Shown here: in pieces, positions 8,322 to 17,298 of the stretch
How the letters are laid out: every line of letters begins with the position of its first letter
Numbering within the stretch: the stretch's first letter is position 1
NCBI RefSeq assembly: GCF_000011125.1
Contig: NC_000854.2
Location: 1,260,001-1,292,000, forward strand
Source of the DNA: Aeropyrum pernix K1
GTDB lineage: Archaea > Thermoproteota > Thermoprotei_A > Sulfolobales > Acidilobaceae
Direction: 5' to 3'
Length of the DNA stretch: 32,000 nucleotides
Notes under the pieces: generated by a model
Database searches by the model: none
The model's input: the letters and a program-made list of their open reading frames with translations, nothing else
What the model was told of the DNA's origin: nothing
Position numbers and translations under genes: made by a program

Positions 8322-9551
8322 ATGACGTTAAGCAGTGCGGGGGGTAGCAGGAGCCACAGGCATAACGGCGGGCACAGCGAGAGGGACGTTGAGATCAGGA
8401 TTCTAAAGGATAAGGTGCGCAGCCTGACCAAGGAGAAGATAAGCCTGCAGAAGGAACTCGAGTACTATAAAAACGAGATCACCAAGCTCCTCTCGCCACC
8501 CTACATCGAGGCCGTGGTACTGGAAGTCATAGACGATAACAGGGTTGTCGTGAAGAGCAGCACAGGCCCCAACCTCATAGTTAACGTTGCAGCGGGCGTC
8601 GACGCCAGGTCCCTGAAGCCCGGGGCGATAGTGGCCCTCAACAACCGGGGCTCCACAATTGTTGACGTGCTGCCGGGCAGGTACGACCCCCTGGTTAAGG
8701 CTATGGAGGTTGAGGAGAGGCCTAAGGTGTTCTTCAAGGACGTCGGGGGCCTCGAGGAGCAGATTAGGGAGATATACGAGGCTGTGGTGCTGCCTATAAA
8801 GAACCCCCACCTCTTTAGGGAGCTCGGGATAGACCCGCCTAAGGGGGTTCTACTCCACGGCCCCCCGGGGACGGGGAAGACCCTCCTGGCTAAGGCCGTG
8901 GCGGGGGAGACAGAGGCCACGTTCATAAGGGTTGTGGGCAGCGAGCTCGTCAACAAGTTCATCGGGGAGGGCGCCAGGCTTGTGAGGGAGATATTCAGGC
9001 TTGCGAGGGAGAAGGCCCCCTCAATACTATTCATCGACGAGATAGACGCCATCGCATCCAAGAGGGTCGACATAGGAACCAGCGGGGACAGGGAGGTGCA
9101 GAGGACCATGCTCCAGCTTCTCGCGGAGCTCGACGGCTTCGACCCCCTGGACAACGTGAAGGTCATAGCAGCCACTAACAGGCTAGACCTCATAGACCCA
9201 GCCGTCCTCAGGCCCGGCAGGTTCGACAGGATAATAGAGGTGCCCCTGCCAAGCCTCCGGGGGAGGCTGGAGATACTGGGCATCCACACAAGGAAGGCGA
9301 AGATGGCGCCCGACGTCGACCTTGAGGCGATAGCCAAGCTCACAGAAGGCTTCAGCGGCGCCGACCTCAAGGCTGTGGTTGTAGAGGCTGGCTACAACGC
9401 CATAAGACGGGGATCCAGGGTCATAACTATGGACGACATGATAAAGGCGGTGGAAAAGGTTAAGGCGGCCTTGGATAAGAGGGGCGGCGGAGACCCGTTC
9501 ATAAGAGCCCAGCAGAAGAGCGGGGACGACACGATAGCCACCGTGATATAG
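8322..9551 (+). CDS. Proteasome-activating nucleotidase (PAN) AAA+ ATPase
   Basis: N-terminal coiled coil; Walker [19 protein letters not shown]; Walker [15 protein letters not shown]; [32 protein letters not shown]. Confidence 0.95.
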   Translation: MTLSSAGGSRSHRHNGGHSERDVEIRILKDKVRSLTKEKISLQKELEYYKNEITKLLSPPYIEAVVLEVIDDNRVVVKSSTGPNLIVNVAAGVDARSLKPGAIVALNNRGSTIVDVLPGRYDPLVKAMEVEERPKVFFKDVGGLEEQIREIYEAVVLPIKNPHLFRELGIDPPKGVLLHGPPGTGKTLLAKAVAGETEATFIRVVGSELVNKFIGEGARLVREIFRLAREKAPSILFIDEIDAIASKRVDIGTSGDREVQRTMLQLLAELDGFDPLDNVKVIAATNRLDLIDPAVLRPGRFDRIIEVPLPSLRGRLEILGIHTRKAKMAPDVDLEAIAKLTEGFSGADLKAVVVEAGYNAIRRGSRVITMDDMIKAVEKVKAALDKRGGGDPFIRAQQKSGDDTIATVI

Positions 9552-9614
9552 GCATTCCCTTCAACCCTCCCACCCCCACCAGGGGCCGCGCGCCCCCGGG
9601 GGGTTTATGGGCTT

Positions 9615-9998
9615 CTAGGAGGCTTTCTTCCTGCTTCTCCTCCGCTCCCTCTTGGATATACATACATAGTATTTCTTATCCAGCTCGAGCTCTATCTGGG
9701 GCTCGAAGACGAACAGTATGCCCCACACAGACAGAATGTCCACCCCGCTCTTCTCGGAGGGCACCTTGTAGCCGTGGCCGCAGAAGACGTATTTATCCAG
9801 GCTCTTCGGCTTCTCCTCCAGGACCTCGATAACAATCCTGTCCCCCTCGGAGAGCGGTACGAGGTCCTTTATCACGTCGAACATTACAGTGGCCTTTTTA
9901 GACTTGGCGGTCGCTATCAGCTGCCCCTGTAGCTTGCCAGGCTCCATGCTCTCGATCTTAAGGTCAAGCTTCTTGGCCAACAGACATCCACCCCTCAA
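9615..9998 (-). CDS. Crenarchaeal RNA polymerase subunit Rpo8 / RpoG
   Basis: 127 aa with EGDRIVIEVLEEKPKSLDKYVFCGHGYKV and DILSVWGILFVFEP, matching recalled Rpo8 features. Confidence 0.72.
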   Translation of the reverse strand: MRGGCLLAKKLDLKIESMEPGKLQGQLIATAKSKKATVMFDVIKDLVPLSEGDRIVIEVLEEKPKSLDKYVFCGHGYKVPSEKSGVDILSVWGILFVFEPQIELELDKKYYVCISKRERRRSRKKAS

Positions 9999-10065
9999 AC
10001 GGGGGCTTGGATTCCGGGGCTATTAACGTTGGCAGCCTGCTGGGATTTCTGGTGGGGCCTGGGCG

Positions 10066-11604
10066 GTGTTTGAGATTAGGGATGTCGATCTGGCGGGGAG
10101 GATCGGCAGGATCTATACACAGCATGGTGTTGTGGAGACGCCCGCCTTCTTTCCTGTCATAGACGTGTATAGGCAGGAGGTTAGTGTGGATGAGGTTAGG
10201 GCCGCCGGGTTCGGCCAGGTTATTACAAACGCCTACCTCCTTTGGAAGCGCTTTGGATGGGAGGCGGCCGAGAAGGGTGTACACCGGATCCTCGGGTTCC
10301 CGGGTGTTGTTATGACGGACTCGGGGGCCTACCAGATACTCGAGTACGGTGGGGTGGAGCTGAGCCAGGGGGAGGTGGTAGAGTATCAGAAGAGGCTGGG
10401 GAGTGACATAGCCGTAATACTCGATATACCTACGGGTGATGTGGGGCGGAGGGAGGCTGAGGAGAGTGTTAGGGAGACTATAAGGAGGGCACTCGAGGCG
10501 CGGGTGATGATAGAGGGCGATGAGAGGATATGGGTCTACCCTGTCCAGGGGGGCCGGTACTTCGACCTGGTGGAGGAGAGCGCCAGGGTGGGGGGCAGGC
10601 TGGGCTTCTACAGGATGTACGGCATAGGTAGCCCAACCGTGTTCCTGGAGCGCTACATGTATCACGTGGTTGTGGAGGCCGTCTACAGGGCTAAGAAGCA
10701 CCTCCCCTGGGGCAGGCCCGTCCACCTCTTCGGCGCGGGCCACCCCCTCATATTCCCCTACGCGGTGGCACTGGGGGTTGACACCTTCGACTCCGCCTCC
10801 TACATACTGTACGCAAGGGAGGGCAGGTACATCACCGAGTATGGTGTCTACAGGATCGAGGACCTCGACTACCTCCCATGCTCATGCCCCGTCTGCAGCA
10901 GGTACACACCCCAGGAGCTGAGAGAGATGGATAGGGTGGAGAGGACCAGGCTCCTGGCTCTCCACAACCTCTACGTGATATCGGCGTCCATGAGGAGGGT
11001 TAAACAGGCTATACGGGAGGGGAGGCTCTGGGAGCTGCTTGAAGAAACCTCTAGGAAGCACCCCTCAACGGCGAGGGTTATGGCCAGGATGAGGAGATAC
11101 ATCGACGCCCTTGAGAAGGGGTCGGCCAGGGGTAGGGGTGTTGTGAGGGGTGTCAGGGCGTACGGCTTGGAGAGCCTGAGCAACCCCAGGCTGAGTAGGT
11201 TCTCGAGCGACGCTGCGAGGCTTGTGGAGGCCATGGCCGAGAAGTGGGGGGGTGGTAAAGCGGTCCTTAAGCCTCTGGACCCGAAGCCCGAGCCAGGCCA
11301 GTGCGAGTCTATGGTCGGCGGGGGGGAGTGGATACTCTTCTACCAGCCGTTCCTGGGTGTGTTTCCCGTTGAGGCCTGCGGCGCCTATCCCTCGCTCCAG
11401 ATAGACTACCCTCAGGAGGGGCTGCCAGCCGAGGTTATAGGCGATCTCGCCTCTAAAATAGCCTCGACAGTGTCTATCCTGAGGGGGAGGGGGTTCACGG
11501 TCAGGCTTGAGTACTGCGGCAAGGTTGAGTGGCAGGCCCGCGCGGTAGAGGCGCTCAAAACCGCTGCAGCCGGTGATCTGCCTACTGTTGAGGCCTGCGG
11601 CTAG
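10066..11604 (+). CDS. tgtA: Archaeosine tRNA-ribosyltransferase (TGT)
   Basis: GTG start; IYTQHGVVETPAFFPVIDVYRQEVS, VVMTDSGAYQILEYG, AVILDIPTGDV, VHLFGAGHPLIFPYAVALGVDTFDSASYILYAREGRYITEYG, LPCSCPVC zinc site. Confidence 0.95.
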   Translation: MFEIRDVDLAGRIGRIYTQHGVVETPAFFPVIDVYRQEVSVDEVRAAGFGQVITNAYLLWKRFGWEAAEKGVHRILGFPGVVMTDSGAYQILEYGGVELSQGEVVEYQKRLGSDIAVILDIPTGDVGRREAEESVRETIRRALEARVMIEGDERIWVYPVQGGRYFDLVEESARVGGRLGFYRMYGIGSPTVFLERYMYHVVVEAVYRAKKHLPWGRPVHLFGAGHPLIFPYAVALGVDTFDSASYILYAREGRYITEYGVYRIEDLDYLPCSCPVCSRYTPQELREMDRVERTRLLALHNLYVISASMRRVKQAIREGRLWELLEETSRKHPSTARVMARMRRYIDALEKGSARGRGVVRGVRAYGLESLSNPRLSRFSSDAARLVEAMAEKWGGGKAVLKPLDPKPEPGQCESMVGGGEWILFYQPFLGVFPVEACGAYPSLQIDYPQEGLPAEVIGDLASKIASTVSILRGRGFTVRLEYCGKVEWQARAVEALKTAAAGDLPTVEACG

Positions 11605-11605
11605 C

Positions 11606-12340
11606 CTACATGTATATACCGCCGCTCTCCTTCTCCTCCTCCCCCTCTATCATCCTGCTGATGGTCTCCAGTATCTCCCGCTGCATTGAGGCCATCTTCT
11701 CTATCTCATCCGTGGGTATCTCCACCCCGATTATGCTACCCCCAATCACCTTCAAACCCCTTATCGCGGCCTCATAATCCACCCTTTCGGCGACGCTGTA
11801 GGGGAGGACCATTGCGGCGGGGACGCCCAGATAGTCTAGATACATGTATAGGAGGGCCAGGGGGCCCACCACGCCCAGACCGGCCTCCATAGTGGGGGCC
11901 TCGAGCTTGGGCCCCTTGTAGTGCCTGTTCGCCAGCCACCTGTACCCGTGCTTCTCCTCCCGGGGCATGAACTCCATGTTAAGCCCCCCAACTAGGATAA
12001 CCCTGCCCACACCCATCTCCCTAAGCCAGAGGGACAGGGTGTGGAGGTACTCGTCCTGCACCTCCCTCTCCGGGTTGGCCCTGTGGACTATGGTCAGCAC
12101 CCTCTTGCCCTCGGAGTAGTAGATGTCAAAGGGGTATCCGGGGCCGTCGTCCTCCACTATAACCACGGGAGGCATGATGGGCGAGAGTATGTACCCCCTC
12201 TTGCTGGAGCCTAGGGAGAGGGCTAGATGCTTGGAGACGAGGTAGCCCACCAGCCCGAAGCCGCGGAAGCCGGTGACTACCGTGGCGCCCTCCAGCTCAT
12301 CCTTGGACAGATCGCTGACAATCTTAATCTCCTCGACCAA
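11606..12340 (-). CDS. PAC2-family (proteasome assembly chaperone-like) protein
   Basis: VVTGFRGFGLVGYLVSKHLALSL, VILVGGLNMEF, GLGVVGPLALLYMYLDYLGVPAAMVLPYS. Confidence 0.85.
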   Translation of the reverse strand: MVEEIKIVSDLSKDELEGATVVTGFRGFGLVGYLVSKHLALSLGSSKRGYILSPIMPPVVIVEDDGPGYPFDIYYSEGKRVLTIVHRANPEREVQDEYLHTLSLWLREMGVGRVILVGGLNMEFMPREEKHGYRWLANRHYKGPKLEAPTMEAGLGVVGPLALLYMYLDYLGVPAAMVLPYSVAERVDYEAAIRGLKVIGGSIIGVEIPTDEIEKMASMQREILETISRMIEGEEEKESGGIYM

Positions 12341-12357
12341 ACCGTAGAACCCCCCGT

Positions 12358-12813
12358 TTACTGGAGCCTAACAACCTCTCCCCTGTCAAGCCCCCTTATA
12401 AAAGCTAGGGGTATCCTCACCCTACCCACGCCCAGCAGCCTATCCTCCTCGTCCACCACTATAGCCTCGTCGCCCGGCCTCAAACCCTCGTCTCCGCCCA
12501 CAACCTGCTTAGCGAACACGGAGCCCACGGGCTCTACGCCACTCCCCACAATAACCCTGAAACGGGGTTTGGCTATAGACCGCCTGAGGAACTCGCCAGC
12601 TCTCGTGGACAGGCTGAAATATCCGTCCCCCGCCCTCAACGTAAGGTAGGGCTCGCCCCCCGCCCACACCTGCCTTACACGCCCCCCAGCCCCGAAGCTA
12701 ACCTCAAGCCCCTCAACACTAAGGAGGGCGTCGGCAGCCTCCGGCGAGAATTGGAGTGCTAGCCTGCCCCAGAGCAGCCTGAATAGGCGGCTGTCCACAG
12801 GCCTCCTTCCCAA
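12358..12813 (-). CDS. PUA-domain RNA-binding protein
   Basis: C-terminal RFRVIVGSGVEPVGSVFAKQVVGGDEGLRPGDEAIVVDEEDRLLGVGRVRI. Confidence 0.82.
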   Translation of the reverse strand: MGRRPVDSRLFRLLWGRLALQFSPEAADALLSVEGLEVSFGAGGRVRQVWAGGEPYLTLRAGDGYFSLSTRAGEFLRRSIAKPRFRVIVGSGVEPVGSVFAKQVVGGDEGLRPGDEAIVVDEEDRLLGVGRVRIPLAFIRGLDRGEVVRLQ

Positions 12814-12942
12814 CGCGGCTCAGCCCACATATTAACGGCCGCCCTCCCGGCTCCTTAACTCTTGACTAACCCGCGGGCCCGAGGGATCCGGATAAATATT
12901 CTATTATAAAGACCGTGGCTTCAGGGAGTATTTAAGAGGGGG

Positions 12943-13401
12943 TTGGGGGTAAGCCGGGCAGGCGGCCCTGAGGTGGATGCCGTGGACGATGGCCAGCTCT
13001 ACCAGGTACTTAGCATGATTAGGAAGAGGGGGATGAGGCTCACGCCCCAGAGGGTCGCCCTCGTTAAGTACGTGCTGGTTAACGTCGAAAAGCACGAGAG
13101 CCTGAGGGAGATTCACGAGAAGATCTCCAGGGAGATGCCTGGCATAAGCGTCTCAACAGTCTACCACACCCTCAAGATGCTGGAGGAGCTGGGTTTCATA
13201 AAGACCTTCGAGATAAACGGGAAGATACACATAGACAGGCCCCACTTTCACATCAACCTCCACTGCCTCGACACCGGCAAGATAACTGATGTCGACGTAG
13301 ACCTTGGTGGCATAGCGGAGAAGCTGGGGAGGAGCGGCCTTAAAATAAGGAACATCATAGTAGAGGTGGAAAACTGCGGCAAAAGCGGGGATGAGGGATA
13401 A
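12943..13401 (+). CDS. Fur-family transcriptional regulator
   Basis: TTG start; RKRGMRLTPQRVALVKYVLVNVEKHESLREIHEKISREMPGISVSTVYHTLKMLEELGFIKTFEING. Confidence 0.88.
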   Translation: MGVSRAGGPEVDAVDDGQLYQVLSMIRKRGMRLTPQRVALVKYVLVNVEKHESLREIHEKISREMPGISVSTVYHTLKMLEELGFIKTFEINGKIHIDRPHFHINLHCLDTGKITDVDVDLGGIAEKLGRSGLKIRNIIVEVENCGKSGDEG

Positions 13402-13479
13402 CATATAGTTGGATGGGGGAAGCGATCCTCAACTATAAACCGGCAGCCCACCAAGAAACATGTAGTAGGTGCCTCCGCC

Positions 13480-13758
13480 ATGCCCAGGAGGGTGGAGAAG
13501 AGCTACAGATGCGACAACCCGCCATGCATACACGTGGTAGTCGACAGTAGGAGGAAAATCTTCAAAGTCTTCCTGGAGGACTACAACGTTATAGCCCCCA
13601 TACCCTTCGACAAGGTTATAGCGGCTTGCGAGGACGTCAAGACACTCAAGAACCTAGTGGAGAATGAAGGGTTTAGGGAGGCGGAGGCTGAGGATGTGGA
13701 CATGCTCGCGAGGAAATACCTCGGAGCCGAGCCCTACGAAGAAGAAATAGAAACATAG
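13480..13758 (+). CDS. Small conserved-looking hypothetical protein
   Basis: 92-aa ORF, ATG start, codirectional with the Fur gene; coding-like composition. Confidence 0.65.
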   Translation: MPRRVEKSYRCDNPPCIHVVVDSRRKIFKVFLEDYNVIAPIPFDKVIAACEDVKTLKNLVENEGFREAEAEDVDMLARKYLGAEPYEEEIET

Positions 13759-13916
13759 TTGGAATGTCATTTCAATTGAAAGTATTGGTAATTTTGTTGG
13801 ATAGCTCCTTAACGACACATATATACGTGGACCTCTCAAATACTATATTGTAATTGATACAATGTTAAGAAACTAGCGCTCAAAAATAGATTACTCTAGG
13901 TGATAAGCTGTGCTTT

Positions 13917-15101
13917 GTGCTTGAGGATGAATTGAGAAGGCAGATGTTCGACAGAGAGCAGTGGCGGAGCTACTGGGAACTCCTCGCCCGCCTCTATACC
14001 CGCGCCAGCGGCTTCCTAAGACTATACAGGGAGTTGAGGGCCAGGCTTGTTGGTAAGAGTGTAGAGGAGCTTCTAGCGGGGGAGAGCGAGAGCGCTAAGA
14101 AGATGGTGCTGGGCGGTTTCAAGGTAGACGAGCAAAGGTACAGGCACAGGGCTTTAGGCATTTTCACGGGGGAGGCGCTGGGCATAAGGGTTTCAGAGGA
14201 GGATTTAAAGAAGCTTTCCTCGAGGATACTCGGCGGGGCGGAGCCTCGTGAGGCCGGAAGAGACATATTTATATTGGGTGAGGATAGCCCGGTAGTGGAT
14301 GCTGTCTCAAGTATAGCTTCTCTCCTGGAGCGGCTTTTGAGGGGCAGGGGGTATAGTGTAGATCAGCTGGCGGGGGCTGCGGAGTACGATGTTGAAGACC
14401 CCCTCTCTGCAGTCTACGCTCTGAGGGACGTTCTAGACTCTAGCAAACGTCTACTACCCCTGTACAACCCGGTGTCTTTCATGCTTAACAGCTTCTTCTC
14501 AACGCCCCTCTACTATCTGGAGGATGTCTACGGCTTCCCCCTCCATAGAAGGGGGGACACGCTTATACCCGCTGACGACGAGGTTAGGAGTGTTTTCGAG
14601 GAGAACGGTGTTAGGCTGCGTGTAATCCTAGATCCCGGGGGTTGGGGTAGACGGCACGAGACGGCTATAGTCGGCCACGAGCCGGGGAGCACGGGGTTCG
14701 AGGTACACCGCCTTACATGCCTTATATACGCCCTCCACAGCTACATAGCTACATCCGAGGAAGGAGGAGAGGGGGTTCTCAAGAGGTTTTTCCGGGGCGT
14801 TAGAAACGAGTACGAATACTATATAGAAACCTATGGGCCGCTTTTGGAGACCACCGTAAATATAGGCGATGTTCTAAGAAGGCTGGAACCGTGCAGCAGC
14901 GATAAGACAACCATATGTGAGAAGATACACGGCACGAAAGTACACTGCATTTACAAACTCGAATCCTGCAACATTAGAAGGCTGGTAAAATCTAGGATTA
15001 AGGACTTTCACAATCTCCTACTTGATGTGGGGCTGTTATCCTTCCTAGGCTTGGCGGTCTTCAACGAGGAGAAAGTCTACTTCCAGCAATTCACCGGTTA
15101 A
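13917..15101 (+). CDS. Hypothetical protein, no family recognised
   Basis: 394-aa ORF, GTG start, no competing ORF; preceded by AT-rich spacer 13759-13916. Confidence 0.75.
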   Translation: MLEDELRRQMFDREQWRSYWELLARLYTRASGFLRLYRELRARLVGKSVEELLAGESESAKKMVLGGFKVDEQRYRHRALGIFTGEALGIRVSEEDLKKLSSRILGGAEPREAGRDIFILGEDSPVVDAVSSIASLLERLLRGRGYSVDQLAGAAEYDVEDPLSAVYALRDVLDSSKRLLPLYNPVSFMLNSFFSTPLYYLEDVYGFPLHRRGDTLIPADDEVRSVFEENGVRLRVILDPGGWGRRHETAIVGHEPGSTGFEVHRLTCLIYALHSYIATSEEGGEGVLKRFFRGVRNEYEYYIETYGPLLETTVNIGDVLRRLEPCSSDKTTICEKIHGTKVHCIYKLESCNIRRLVKSRIKDFHNLLLDVGLLSFLGLAVFNEEKVYFQQFTG

Positions 15102-15198
15102 ATTCAAAGTTAGCAACTATAATAAATCGCTTCGATACAAAAAGGTTAAAGATATTGAACGTCGACAACACATATAAAGTGGAAAGGAGGTCGCTCAA

Positions 15199-15546
15199 TT
15201 GGCTAACTGTGAGAAGAAAGGAGGGGATGAGGATATAATAGTTGATCCTTCGGAAATGGGTGCAGAAGCTCAGATGGAATCGCCCGTGGAGGAGGAAAAG
15301 GTTAGAACAATTAGAAGAGGTGCTAAAAGAGGCGTCGAGATACACGAGCATGTAGAAATAGGTGTAGATAAGCCGGATGAGAGGCTGGATCTAACAATGG
15401 AATCTCGAGTCAGAGAAGGAAGTCTTCAGAGACCTATATTCCTTGAGGCTGAGAATGTCGAAGTCGCCGACAATATAAACCACACGATGAACCACAGGCT
15501 CACCAGTAAGACGGGATCGAAGGGAGGAAAAGAAGAATCAGGCTAG
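15199..15546 (+). CDS. Small acidic hypothetical protein
   Basis: TTG start at 15199 with strong Shine-Dalgarno-like GGAAAGGAGGTC at 15181-15192; 115 aa, rich in E/D. Confidence 0.6.
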   Translation: MANCEKKGGDEDIIVDPSEMGAEAQMESPVEEEKVRTIRRGAKRGVEIHEHVEIGVDKPDERLDLTMESRVREGSLQRPIFLEAENVEVADNINHTMNHRLTSKTGSKGGKEESG

Positions 15547-15675
15547 TTTTGTTGTTTCTTCGTTTTTTATTTATCCTGTGTAGCTAGTGTTGACGCTGTG
15601 GTTTAGCAGCTGTGAGGAAGCTACTAGCCCCCAAGGAGCTGGAGCCTAGGAGCCCTGGCCCTTTTGGCGGTGTGG

Positions 15676-15750
<75 letters not shown>

Positions 15751-15808
15751 CCTTCTCCTTCGCCTCCTGGACCCTCTTTCGTTTTATCTTCTGCTGTGGC
15801 TAAAAGCG

Positions 15809-17044
15809 TTACCTCCTCGTGGTGAGTATCTCCTCTAGTGCTTCTGCGAGCCTCTCGGCATCCTCCTTGCAGTTGTATATGTAGAAGCTTGCCCACACGC
15901 TACCCATGCTGGCATCCACATGGTCGTGTAGTATGTGGGCGCAGTGTAGGCCTGTCCTCACGGCTATGCCCCTCCTGTCGAGGAGGAGGCCTAGCTCGTC
16001 GGGGCTTTTCAGGTGGGTGGTTATAGAGACTATACCGTGCCTCTCACCCGGCTTGTCGGGGCCCACATAGCGTATCAGGCCTTCACTGTAGAGGGGCTCC
16101 AGCAGCTTCATCGTGTGGCTCGTCAGCTCGTCCTCATGCCTCGCAACATGCTCCATACCAATCTCCATGAGCATGTTAGCGGCCTCCGCCAGGCCGACGG
16201 CCTCTATTATAGGCGGGGTTCCTGCCTCGAACTTCCACGGCGGCTCCTCCCACTCTATCTCCACAGAGCCCCCCTGCAGTCTAACCCTCGACACAGTCCC
16301 TCCCCCTCCCAGGGGTGGCTCGAGCTCCTCGAGAAGGTCCCTCCTGGCCCACAGGACACCAATGCCCGTGGGCCCCAGCATCTTATGGCCGCTGAACGCC
16401 GCCATATCGACCCCCATCCTCCTGAAGTCTACTGGCAGGTGTGGCACCCCCTGGGCCGAGTCGAGCACGACCAGGGCGCCCACCTTCTTTGCAGCCTTAA
16501 CTATATCCTCCACAGGGGCCACCACCCCCGTAACGTTGGATACGTGGCCTACTGCCACCGCCCTGGTATCCTCGGTTATATAGTCCTCGAGCAGGTCCCA
16601 CCTAGGAACCCCCCGGCCGTCGAGGGGGAGTATCCTCGCCCTACCACCCCCCAGTCTGGCCGCCCTGACCCAGGGTAGTAGAGTGGAGTGGTGGTCAGCC
16701 GCGGTCACGAGGACCTCGCCGCCCCTTAGGAGCCCGTTGTAGGCTAGGGTAAGTGCGGCCAGCTGCATCGCCTCCGTAGTATTGCGGGTGAACACGACCT
16801 CGTCCCAACTCCCCCCGACCAGCCTGGCGACAACCTCGTGCGCATCCTCATAGGCCTTACTAGCCTCCATGCTAAGCCTATGCACACCCCTATGGACGTT
16901 GGCATAGCTCCTATACGAGAACTCCCTCATAGCCTCCACAACACGCCTTGGCTTCAAAGTGCTGGCAGCATTGTCAAGATAGACAATACCCCTCTCAAGC
17001 TCAGGAAACTCGGATCTAACCTCGTAACAGCTAAACCTGGGCAT
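15809..17044 (-). CDS. Cysteine desulfurase (SufS/CsdA type)
   Basis: YLDNAASTLKPRRVVEAM, FTRNTTEAMQLAA, HHSTLLPW, VLDSAQGVPHLPVDFRRMGVDMAAFSGHKMLGPTGIGVLW, RTGLHCAH. Confidence 0.94.
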   Translation of the reverse strand: MPRFSCYEVRSEFPELERGIVYLDNAASTLKPRRVVEAMREFSYRSYANVHRGVHRLSMEASKAYEDAHEVVARLVGGSWDEVVFTRNTTEAMQLAALTLAYNGLLRGGEVLVTAADHHSTLLPWVRAARLGGGRARILPLDGRGVPRWDLLEDYITEDTRAVAVGHVSNVTGVVAPVEDIVKAAKKVGALVVLDSAQGVPHLPVDFRRMGVDMAAFSGHKMLGPTGIGVLWARRDLLEELEPPLGGGGTVSRVRLQGGSVEIEWEEPPWKFEAGTPPIIEAVGLAEAANMLMEIGMEHVARHEDELTSHTMKLLEPLYSEGLIRYVGPDKPGERHGIVSITTHLKSPDELGLLLDRRGIAVRTGLHCAHILHDHVDASMGSVWASFYIYNCKEDAERLAEALEEILTTRR

Positions 17045-17181
17045 AAGGCTAAAGACACCCCCGGACAGCGGCTAGGCCGCTAACCAGGAAGAATAGTATG
17101 AACCACAGGGTAAAACCTAGAGCATAAAGGCGGAAACCTATAAGACCCCGCCCGGATAAGAACTGATACCACTGGGGCCCA

Positions 17182-17256
17182 GGGCCCGTCGTCTAGCCTG
17201 GTTAGGACGCCGCCCTGACGCGGCGGAGGTCCGGGGTTCAAATCCCCGCGGGCCCA
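17182..17256 (+). tRNA. tRNA-Val (anticodon GAC), CCA encoded at 17257-17259
   Basis: GGGCCCG-TC-GTCT-AGCCTGGTTA-GGAC-G-CCGCC-CTGACGC-GGCGG-AGGTC-CGGGG-TTCAAAT-CCCCG-CGGGCCC-A-CCA. Confidence 0.96.
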
Positions 17257-17298
17257 CCAACACCTTCCAATTCTTCTAGAATACTTTCAACGACTACC

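Noticed and set aside
8501-9370. 289-aa antisense ORF over PAN
   Set aside because: Long antisense ORFs are expected in GC-rich coding DNA; no domain, while the plus strand encodes clear PAN motifs.
9964-10743. 259-aa minus-strand ORF opposite archaeosine TGT
   Set aside because: Antisense shadow of a confidently identified gene; proline/histidine-rich low-complexity product.
13759-15546. Possible integrated mobile element covering the AT-richer orphan genes
   Set aside because: No integrase, transposase, terminal repeats or tRNA-derived att site could be seen; kept only as an orphan-gene observation.
16013-16678. 221-aa plus-strand ORF (and 16113..16583) opposite cysteine desulfurase
   Set aside because: Antisense shadow; conserved PLP enzyme motifs are on the minus strand.
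17260-17298. Possible additional degenerate CRISPR repeat before the first one (CCAATTCTTCTAGAATAC)
   Set aside because: Only a short AATTCT-like similarity with wrong spacing; not enough to call a repeat unit.
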